Positions 56,200-64,000 of a stretch of DNA of 64,000 nt are shown here, piece by piece. Position numbers and translations under genes: made by a program. The stretch is from Sedimentisphaerales bacterium. Its GTDB lineage: Bacteria > Planctomycetota > Phycisphaerae > Sedimentisphaerales > Anaerobacaceae. The stretch is taken from positions 3,296,001 through 3,360,000 of the forward strand of contig OY970194.1 of NCBI GenBank assembly GCA_963708075.1, given 5' to 3'. The notes under the pieces were generated by a model. It saw only the letters and a list, made by a program, of their open reading frames with translations, made no database searches and was not told the DNA's origin. The first letter of the stretch is position 1. Each line of letters begins with the position of its first letter.

Positions 56200-56399
56200 T
56201 CCACGATAACAGTTGACAGAACCCCCGCCCGACCCTACAAATGGAAGCTGATGTACCTGTCAAGCACCGGCGGGACCATCCCGGAAACCCGCCTATCCCT
56301 TTGGGATACAGGCACTTACATCCCAGAGTCCCTAACTCGCATTTTGCCCCATCCGTGGGTTTTACTTGGTCTACCCATGTGAATCGTTGCCTGATATGG

Positions 56400-58601
56400 T
56401 CACCACAGGATCTTGACCTGCTGTTTTGAAACGCCTGATAGAGACTCGAAACATACCGTGTGGCTCTCTTCATGCCACTGATACTCGCTCAGTTCTCGAT
56501 CTCCACTCTTGATGGTTGTGGGACGCTTCGGCAGGCGTACGCGGGAGACAATCCGGACACCCTCCGGGGCGGAGAGCACGAACTCGACGCCGTGGTCCGT
56601 CTGCATCCAGGTTTCAAACCGTCCGGCCGAGGCCACGGGCTCTGCTTTGTCCTGTTCCAGCCGGTTCAAGTCGAGCAGCCAAGCCTGCTGCCCCGGTTGC
56701 AGGGTCACACCGTCAAGCACCGGCAGGTTGGCATCATAGATATCCACAAACAGGCCCTTAAGTTCAAGCGGTGTCTCCTTGACGGACTCCCGCAGACATG
56801 CGGCAATCACATAGGGACCACGACGCAGTTGGAGGAAATTGTGCTCCCGGTAGAGCAGGCCCGCGGCGTCGGCGGACCGCCTGACTACGGCACGATAAGT
56901 GTCCGCCGCCTCTGGGGAGCGTGAGTAATAGGCCGGATGTTTTCTCTCGACAAACACGTGGCCTTTGCCAAAGGTGTAACGTCCTTCCCCCGCCGTTCGA
57001 TCCAACCCGAGCACATCGAACAAGTGCTGGGCGGGCGTCTCGTATTGGTTCTTGCCGGTATTCCACCAGCCCGTGATGGTATTGAAGGGATCGGTATCGG
57101 CCCCCACGTAGAGGAGCACGCCACCCTGGGCCACCCATTCAGCCAGGGCCTGATTGACCGCCGGTGTTTCCGGTTTGATGAATTCGTAGCTCAACACGAG
57201 CACCTTGTAGTCACGGAGATAGTTGGGAAAGCGGGCCACATTGTCGAGCTGGACCGGCTGGACCGGCACGCCATGCTTGAGCAGCGGAAGCGTCAGCCCG
57301 TAGAACGCAGAGAAGTATTGGACGTCCCTTCTCTCGGCCCTGGTCGGATCGCTGCCGTCTCTGGCCGCCAGTCGGTACGCCGGCTCGGCCCGCTGAAACA
57401 TCCCCGAATCGGCCATGAACACGCCCACGCCATGGGTTGCGTCCTGCCATTCGATGTCCGCCTGGTTCATGTCGCGCAACTGATTGAACACCGTGCACAA
57501 GGTCGTGGCATAGGCCCCCGGGATCGGCTTGGCCTCGGGGGAGCCGGCGGGGTATTTGCCCAGGAATATACGCGACGGCCAGGGACAGATCTCGTAGTGC
57601 CAGATGTGGGGCTGGAGCAGCGAGGCGATCAGCGTCGCCTTGTAGTTGACGCGATAGTCGTCCCAATCGTGTCTGGGATTGTCCTCGATCGGATCGGCCA
57701 GGAACCACATGCGACGGTTGGTCCCGCGCACCAGCTCCTGCATCACACCGTACTCCAGAAAGGCGGTCTCAAAGGTACGTTCCGCGGCCTTGCCCTGGTA
57801 GATGTTCGCGGTTCTGGCTGTGCCCGTCCATATCTGCGCGATGCAGCCGTCCACCACGCTGGAATCGATCAATGACGATTGCGGAGACACAATCGACCAC
57901 TGCGTGTAATTGATCAGGCTGTGAGTGGGCACATAGATGCGGAGTTCGCGATGGTGTTTCTGCAAGGCGTACTCCTTGCAGGCCTCCGCCACGCGCCGCA
58001 GGGCCCGGCCGTACAGATAGTATTTCAACCGGCTGGCCTTGTACTGAGCATCCGGCGAACTATCGGCCCGCACGTACGGCTCATGGTAGTAGAGTTGCCA
58101 TTCCCTCGCAAAGGCCGGAGAAAATCCCGTATCGGCCCAGAACTCCGGCTCTTCCAGGTGGATGGCGAGCACTCCGGCGTCAATCATGGGTTTGAGCTTC
58201 TCCGTCATGTAATCGGCGAACTCGATCGACGGCACCACATAGGGAACGCGCGGGCCGTGGAGCTTTTCCTTGCCGTCGGCCTCCATTTGCGACAGAGACA
58301 TGATGTCCCGGCCGTTGATGTCCTTGAAATCTTGATAGTCCCCCCAGGCAATCCCGGTCATCAGGTGGGACACATAACCCTTCTCGACCCAGGATTGGAT
58401 CGCGGGGATGCGACTTTCGTGGATCCCATACACCATTACGAAATCGTTGCGGAGATCATAGGCCGGGGTATAGGGCCTGGGGTCTTGAAAACCGGTCAAC
58501 TCCAGCCCCCGGTCCGTGACCAGGCGAATCTTCTCCTGTGCATGGACTGAAAGAGTCGACAGAGTTGTCATCAATCCAATCAGTAGTATTCTCTTCTTCA
58601 T
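56400..58601 (-). CDS. Secreted hypothetical protein, probable glycoside-hydrolase-like barrel with GH42-type trimerisation-like domain
   Basis: Signal peptide MKKRILLIGLMTTLSTLSVHA; IHLEEPEF; YKVLVLS..ALAEWVAQGGVLL..YTFGKGHVF. Confidence 0.6.
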   Translation of the reverse strand: MKKRILLIGLMTTLSTLSVHAQEKIRLVTDRGLELTGFQDPRPYTPAYDLRNDFVMVYGIHESRIPAIQSWVEKGYVSHLMTGIAWGDYQDFKDINGRDIMSLSQMEADGKEKLHGPRVPYVVPSIEFADYMTEKLKPMIDAGVLAIHLEEPEFWADTGFSPAFAREWQLYYHEPYVRADSSPDAQYKASRLKYYLYGRALRRVAEACKEYALQKHHRELRIYVPTHSLINYTQWSIVSPQSSLIDSSVVDGCIAQIWTGTARTANIYQGKAAERTFETAFLEYGVMQELVRGTNRRMWFLADPIEDNPRHDWDDYRVNYKATLIASLLQPHIWHYEICPWPSRIFLGKYPAGSPEAKPIPGAYATTLCTVFNQLRDMNQADIEWQDATHGVGVFMADSGMFQRAEPAYRLAARDGSDPTRAERRDVQYFSAFYGLTLPLLKHGVPVQPVQLDNVARFPNYLRDYKVLVLSYEFIKPETPAVNQALAEWVAQGGVLLYVGADTDPFNTITGWWNTGKNQYETPAQHLFDVLGLDRTAGEGRYTFGKGHVFVERKHPAYYSRSPEAADTYRAVVRRSADAAGLLYREHNFLQLRRGPYVIAACLRESVKETPLELKGLFVDIYDANLPVLDGVTLQPGQQAWLLDLNRLEQDKAEPVASAGRFETWMQTDHGVEFVLSAPEGVRIVSRVRLPKRPTTIKSGDRELSEYQWHEESHTVCFESLSGVSKQQVKILW

Positions 58602-59050
58602 GGTACCCACTTTCGTTTATAGACACTCTTAACGTTGAGTTCAGTGATACGGGACCAGCCGTCAGAATACAATTGGAATCCCTCGTATAGTGCGGGTATT
58701 ATCCGAGCGCAAGTATCTTCATCTCCTTGACTTGCGCCAAGATCTGACGAAAGCCCTTGTCTATCACTTCCGGGTCCATTAGCTTCTCGGGACTGTGAAG
58801 CGGAATCTGTGGCTTACCATGGCACACGCGTGGCGTCCTTCGTTGACAACGAACTCTGAAAGGCCATGGAGTACCTCAAGAAGCAGGTTCCGCTATCGCC
58901 TGTCGCAGAATTGAGGTCGTTGGGCTTGGAAATCCAGGGGCGGGATGTCATACTGGTACTCGAAAAGGCCGGCGTCGTAGCCGGTCATCGTCAAATGGGA
59001 AATGTCGAACTATGGTATCCTGATACTCGGTAGGATTTACACTTTGATGT

Positions 59051-61756
59051 ATGGGAGATCGCACGGGTTCTGAAACAAGAATCGTCCTGCCGTTCGCGGA
59101 GATTACCGAATCGGATGCTGGCATGGTGGGGCCCAAAGCCTTCAATCTGGCGCAAATGAGCCACTTGGGTCTGCCTGTACCTGATGGTTTGTGCATAACA
59201 ACATCCGGGTATAAGAACCATGTCGAAAGCATCCAGGGCTTCCACGAGATGGTTGCGGCGCTGGCGGATGCTTCGGCGCGACCGGCCGCGCTCCTGGCGA
59301 AGATCAGAAAGGCCATCGTGGACCAGCCTTTGTTGCCGCGTCCGTGGGACTCGATCAGGGAATGCTGCGACCGGCTGCGGATCATGCCGATGGCGGTCCG
59401 GTCCTCTGCCACGGCCGAAGACCTGGAGGATCGCTCCTTTGCCGGGCAATACGAAACCTATCTGCACGTCCAGGATGTGGAGCAGTGCCGCGACGCCATC
59501 AAGGGGTGTTGGGCCTCCCTGTGGTCGGAACGCGCCTACAGTTACCGGCAGTCAACCAAGCTGCGCAGCAACGACATATGGATGGCGGTCATCGTTCAAC
59601 AAATGGTGTGCGCCGATGCCTCGGGGGTGATGTTTACGGCGGACCCGGTGGCACAGGACAGGAACCGGCTGGTGATCGAAGCGTGCTATGGCGTAGGAGA
59701 TGCTCTGGTGGCGGGGCGTGTAACTCCGGATCGATTTGTCATAGACAAGTTCACCGGTGCCGTGGTGCGACAAAGCCTGTCCGAACAAATGCGAAGAGAC
59801 AGAGTACGGGAGGCTAACCCGGCACAGGCAGACGGCGCAAGCACCATGCAGGATCCCTGCATTGACGAGGCCACGATTGGCAAGCTGTTCGACCTGGCCG
59901 CCACGATCGAAAAGTACTACCAGTGTCCTCAGGATATTGAGTGGGCCGTGTGCGCCTCGGAGGTGCGCATTCTCCAGAGCCGGGCCATCACGACTATGCG
60001 GAAGGCACCCTCCTGGGAAGATCGCCAAGTGTGGTCTTGCGTCAATACGCGAGAAGTCATGCCGGACGTGCTGACGCCCTCGACATGGTCGCTCATGTCC
60101 GATCTGCTGGAGTCCACGCTGAACATGGTGCTGGACATGATTGGCCTCGACCGCGGAAATAGTCCCGTAGTCGGCCTGGTGGCTGGCCGGTGCTATGGAA
60201 ATCTCAACACGCTGCTGGGAATCGCCCGCAAACTGCCCATTGTGCGGAGGGCCAGGCTCAATACGATTTTTGGCGATACCGCTCCCGGAGAGGAAGCCCG
60301 GAGATGGATCGAACTGGCCACGCAGAACTGTGCCGAAGTGAGATCGCACTTCGGCAAAGCCCTGTTGAAGCTGCCCGGTAACTTCTTTCACGCAATTTTC
60401 TTTACGGAAAAGAAGGGGGAACGCGCGATCGCGGATATGCAGCGCGTGGTCCAGGACTTTGACGCGCTCGACCTGAAGCAATTGTCCGCCAGGGAGATCA
60501 TCGACCATCTTACCCAATCGGTTGAATACCTCAGGCAATTCATCTCTCGCGCACGTCACGGCTCAATCTACAGCGGCGTCGCGATTGCGGCTTTTATGTT
60601 GCTGCGCAAAGTGTGCGCGCGGTGGCTCGGCGAAAGCGAAGGTTTCGCCAACGGTCTGCTGATTGGCGTGGGCGACATGACGGATGCCCGGTCGGGGCTC
60701 GATCTGTGGCAATTGGCCGAAGAGGCCTGCCGCCATCCTCCGGTCAAATCCGCTATTCTGTCTGGAGATACGTGGGAGCACGTCTCGGAGGCCATCCGGC
60801 CAGTCGTGGGGGGAGACCAGTTCCTCCATAGCTGGGCGGAGTACATGCGGAAACATGGACATCATGCACGGGGTGAATTCGAACTCTACAATGCGCGCTG
60901 GTGTGAGCGACCCGACTATATCCTGTCCATTGTCCGCAGCTTCATGTCGGCGTTGGAGCAGACCAATGTGGTGACGGCGTGGCGCGAACGAACGGAGAAG
61001 CGGCGCCAACTGGTGCAGGAGTGCCGCGAGAGGCTGAAGAACCCCCTCCGAAGAGCGGCTTTCAACCGCCTTGTGACGCGGGCGCAGCATTTTGTCACGG
61101 TGCGGGAGAACTCTAAGGATCACCTCATTCGCCTGTTCATGACTTGGCGCCGGCTGCTCCTGGCGCTGGGGGATCGGTTGCACGCCCAGGGCACGCTCCG
61201 AAGCACAGAGGACGTTTTCTTCCTGACCCTGGCGGAGATGCGGGCCGTCGCGACGGGCGCATCGGATGGGGATACGCAGGCCAAGATCGAACTGAGGAAA
61301 TCCGAATATGAGAGCTTTCGCGACATCACTCCTCCGATTACGGTGCTGGGACGATTCCGGCCGCAGACGAGGCCGCCGGTCCGGGAGGACGCCACGGCAG
61401 AGCTCCTCAGCGGATTGGCGGTGTGCCCGGGAATCGTTCAGGGCAAAGCCAGGGTGATTCAGAGTGTGGAGGATGAAAGCAACGTGCTGCCCGGAGAGAT
61501 TCTGGTGGCGCCGTTCACGGATCCGGGTTGGACGCCTTATCTGGTCTCCTCGTCGGGTATTGTGATCGATCAGGGTGGTCTATTGTCACACGGCAGTATC
61601 ATCGCACGGGAATACGGGATTCCTACCGTTGTCAATGTCGGCCCGGCTACGCGCATCATCAAGACTGGTGACACCGTCGAAGTTAACGGCGATCAGGGTA
61701 CGGTCAGAATCCTGAGCCGATGGCATAGCCAAAGACCTGCTTCCGAACTCAAATGA
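59051..61756 (+). CDS. PEP-synthase-like enzyme with rifampin-phosphotransferase architecture (ATP-grasp, central helical domain, phospho-His swivel)
   Basis: VGPKAFNL, AVRSSATAED..SFAGQY, VQQMV..SGVMFT, PQDIEWA..LQSRAIT; TDPGWTP, GGLLSHGSIIAREYGIP. Confidence 0.88.
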   Translation: MGDRTGSETRIVLPFAEITESDAGMVGPKAFNLAQMSHLGLPVPDGLCITTSGYKNHVESIQGFHEMVAALADASARPAALLAKIRKAIVDQPLLPRPWDSIRECCDRLRIMPMAVRSSATAEDLEDRSFAGQYETYLHVQDVEQCRDAIKGCWASLWSERAYSYRQSTKLRSNDIWMAVIVQQMVCADASGVMFTADPVAQDRNRLVIEACYGVGDALVAGRVTPDRFVIDKFTGAVVRQSLSEQMRRDRVREANPAQADGASTMQDPCIDEATIGKLFDLAATIEKYYQCPQDIEWAVCASEVRILQSRAITTMRKAPSWEDRQVWSCVNTREVMPDVLTPSTWSLMSDLLESTLNMVLDMIGLDRGNSPVVGLVAGRCYGNLNTLLGIARKLPIVRRARLNTIFGDTAPGEEARRWIELATQNCAEVRSHFGKALLKLPGNFFHAIFFTEKKGERAIADMQRVVQDFDALDLKQLSAREIIDHLTQSVEYLRQFISRARHGSIYSGVAIAAFMLLRKVCARWLGESEGFANGLLIGVGDMTDARSGLDLWQLAEEACRHPPVKSAILSGDTWEHVSEAIRPVVGGDQFLHSWAEYMRKHGHHARGEFELYNARWCERPDYILSIVRSFMSALEQTNVVTAWRERTEKRRQLVQECRERLKNPLRRAAFNRLVTRAQHFVTVRENSKDHLIRLFMTWRRLLLALGDRLHAQGTLRSTEDVFFLTLAEMRAVATGASDGDTQAKIELRKSEYESFRDITPPITVLGRFRPQTRPPVREDATAELLSGLAVCPGIVQGKARVIQSVEDESNVLPGEILVAPFTDPGWTPYLVSSSGIVIDQGGLLSHGSIIAREYGIPTVVNVGPATRIIKTGDTVEVNGDQGTVRILSRWHSQRPASELK

Positions 61757-61849
61757 TATACAATTGATGTCAGGAAGAATATAACTCCAAGAACTGAGGA
61801 TCGCGTACCGACGTTCGATCAACTCGTGAATCCGCTTCCAGTGCGTGGC

Positions 61850-62278
61850 GGCAGCTTTCCCTTCCTTTACGAGTTTTTGGCGGTAATTCTGTACTCTATA
61901 TGTCTTTCTTTCGGCGATTGTCTCATTCGGACCAATGAACTTGGCAAAATCCTTGAGTTGAAGCGTCTGGCCGTAGAAGTAGCGACGCTTGATTTCCCCC
62001 GTGGCCACGCGGCTATCCTGATGCTCAAGATACCGGTTGCAAAGGTTCCTCAGTGTAACACCCGCGCCGGTGATCGGCAATTCGGCCTTGCCCGTGTGCA
62101 AAGAGGATGCATGCTCGTAGTATGATCGGAGAGCTTCCTGCCTGTCCTTGCCGAAGTAGTACATCCGGCCTCGAATCTTCTTGCAATACTGGCCGGTCGG
62201 ATGTAATGTGAGTGGGAACTTGTTTGAACGTTTTGAGGTGCCGTTTACAGGGCTGCGATTCTCTGACTGCTGTACCAT
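61850..62278 (-). pseudogene. Truncated tyrosine integrase (N-terminal arm and core-binding parts only)
   Basis: GGAG RBS; FPLTLHPTGQYCKKIRGRMYYFG, TLRNLCNRYL..GEIKRR; no catalytic R-H-R-Y domain; next to a tRNA; left boundary approximate. Confidence 0.65.
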
Positions 62279-62399
62279 GATTACTATCTCCGTCACCCAA
62301 CCAGATACGATGTACTGAACGTGAAACCAGTATGGCGGTTGTAAAGCGGAAAATGCAGGATGCACGGAATTGCTATAATGCCTTGTAATACAACGATTT

Positions 62400-62473
62400 G
62401 CGCCCGTAGCTCAGTTGGATAGAGCAACGGATTTCTAATCCGTAGGCCGGGGGTTCGAATCCCTCCGGGCGCA
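62400..62473 (+). tRNA. tRNA-Arg (anticodon TCT)
   Basis: Acceptor GCGCCCG/CGGGCGC, D arm GCTC/GAGC, anticodon arm ACGGA-TT-TCT-AA-TCCGT, T loop GGTTCGAATCC; CCA not encoded. Confidence 0.97.
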
Positions 62474-62531
62474 ATTCACATTCCCGGCAATACGGCAAGG
62501 GGGCCCTTCGCGGCCAGCCTCCCGCATCGGA

Positions 62532-63887
62532 TCATGCCATGAGACTATGCACCTGCCGGATACTGTCGACGATATGATCGTTGATCCGCTGCGTGTACTT
62601 CGGGCCGATACGCACCTGGACGAACCGGTCGAAGATCCCCAGCGTCTGGCGGCAGCTATCCGGGCCGTACTGCATCGCCTTGCCCTCGGGACTGTGGAAT
62701 GAGGGCCAATTGGGATGCCGGGCCCGCTTGTTGATGACGGATTCCTCGATAGGCAGCAGCACGGAGCCTGTCAACGTGGACACCGGGACTTTTCGCTTCC
62801 GCAATTCCGCAATGCATCGGTCGCGCGCGGCCTCGTCCCGCACCTCAAAGTAAACGCCGTAGCCGATGTCGCCCTGCGGGTCGGGGCGTTGACGCAGGCG
62901 AATGCCGGCGATTCCCTTGATCCCGTCATAGATGGCCTCGGCATTGCCGCGCAATTGGGCGACCATCGTGTCGAGCTTGGTCAGTTGAGCGCCGAGCACG
63001 GCGCCGGTGAACTCGTTCATCCGGAAATTCTCTCCCGCGAACATCCGCACCTGGCTCGTCCCGATGCGATTCAGAAAGACATCACGTATCGAGCCCATAT
63101 CGTGAAAGCGGGCCGCACGCTCATAGATCAGCGGGTCGCTCGACACCGCCGCGCCGCCCTCGCCCGACGTGATCATCTTGTTGATCTGAAAGCTGTAGAT
63201 GCCCACGTCGCCGATGGAGCCCAGCTTTTTGCCGTGGTACGAGCCCCCGACGCACTGGGCACAATCCTCAAGGACCGCCACTCTGTGCTTTCGCGCGATC
63301 TCCATGATCGGATCCATGTCGGAGGGCCCGCCGAGCAGGTGGACGGCGATCACGGCCTTCGTGCGAGGGGTGATCTTGCGTTCAAAGTCCGCGGGGTCGA
63401 GATTGAACGTGCGATCGATGTCGGCAAAGACCGGCAGCGCCCCCGCGTGCACCACGCAGGTGTAGTCCGACCACCAGGTGTAGGCGGGGACAATCACTTC
63501 ATCGCCGGGCCCGATCCCCAGACCCGCCACCGCACAGTCGAGCGCCGCCGTACCGGATGTCACGGCCAGAGCGAAGCGTGCGCCCATATACTTAGTAAAT
63601 GCCTCTTCGAAGCGAAGCACCTTCTCCGGCCGGCCTGGGCCCCAGTACCGGAACGGCGAGCGGGATTCTATGACCTCTTGGAGCGCCTCCTCCTCGTGCT
63701 TATCGAAGAATTGCGGCCCAACATATCCCGGATCTATGTTCGGCAAGTCCGCCGCCTTCCCGCCCTGTTCGGCCATGAGCGGCCTTGCACCCAGGCCTGC
63801 TCCGCAGACGCCCAGGCAACTCGCAGTCAGGAACTCCCGGCGGGAGAGACTCGACGCCCCCCTGTTCGTGGTGTTGTGCACGCTCAT
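62532..63887 (-). CDS. DegT/DnrJ/EryC1/StrS PLP-dependent aminotransferase with Tat signal
   Basis: AAGGAGG RBS; SRREFL; SGTAAL, PGDEVIVP, EDCAQ, SFQINKMITSGEGG, GENFRM. Confidence 0.92.
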   Translation of the reverse strand: MSVHNTTNRGASSLSRREFLTASCLGVCGAGLGARPLMAEQGGKAADLPNIDPGYVGPQFFDKHEEEALQEVIESRSPFRYWGPGRPEKVLRFEEAFTKYMGARFALAVTSGTAALDCAVAGLGIGPGDEVIVPAYTWWSDYTCVVHAGALPVFADIDRTFNLDPADFERKITPRTKAVIAVHLLGGPSDMDPIMEIARKHRVAVLEDCAQCVGGSYHGKKLGSIGDVGIYSFQINKMITSGEGGAAVSSDPLIYERAARFHDMGSIRDVFLNRIGTSQVRMFAGENFRMNEFTGAVLGAQLTKLDTMVAQLRGNAEAIYDGIKGIAGIRLRQRPDPQGDIGYGVYFEVRDEAARDRCIAELRKRKVPVSTLTGSVLLPIEESVINKRARHPNWPSFHSPEGKAMQYGPDSCRQTLGIFDRFVQVRIGPKYTQRINDHIVDSIRQVHSLMA

Positions 63888-64000
63888 GTTCAGCCTCCTT
63901 GTCGATCCGTTGGCACCGCCGCCGTTGCCAAGCCGACCTTCAGCCCGGCTCGCGGGAGTGCTGCACCAGTATATCACCGAGCCCGTCAACAACGACATAG

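Noticed and set aside
61586..61850. 3' part of the 259-aa ORF as integrase sequence
   Set aside because: Runs antisense into the RPH-like gene and has no catalytic residues; read-through past the truncation point.

Overview
GC-rich bacterial chromosome segment. The gene content (prepilin/H-X9-DG proteins, lamin-tail/CotH proteins, PQQ-like propeller, kinase-linked ECF sigma) suggests a planctomycete, possibly Phycisphaerae; this is inference. 1-10.2 kb: flagellar-type cluster (TPR protein, atypical sigma-54 activator, fliL-fliM-fliN-flhA, fliA, small ORFs, two lipoproteins, FlgM-like gene). 10-34.7 kb: regulators, MFS pump, glycan-related secreted proteins, a CotH multidomain protein, glmS and hisH-hisF. 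34.9-43.1 kb: five-gene minus-strand signalling operon (membrane-anchored coiled-coil protein, TPR + degenerate FHA protein, Ser/Thr kinase fused to a polytopic TM2 region, membrane protein, ECF sigma with a fused Zn-finger tail). 44.87-47.13 kb: two integron-type gene cassettes with no integrase nearby (an octapeptide-repeat protein and a TIR-domain protein with a canonical attC). 47.5-64 kb: methyltransferase, large glycoside hydrolase, second CotH paralog, RPH/PPDK-like enzyme, integrase remnant at the 5' side of tRNA-Arg(TCT), Tat-signal DegT aminotransferase. Several families of palindromic repeats are scattered through the window, including 7-nt-period hairpins that lie in frame inside proteins. 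Three genes carry single-base frameshifts that may be assembly errors. All product calls come from motif recognition by eye; no searches were run.
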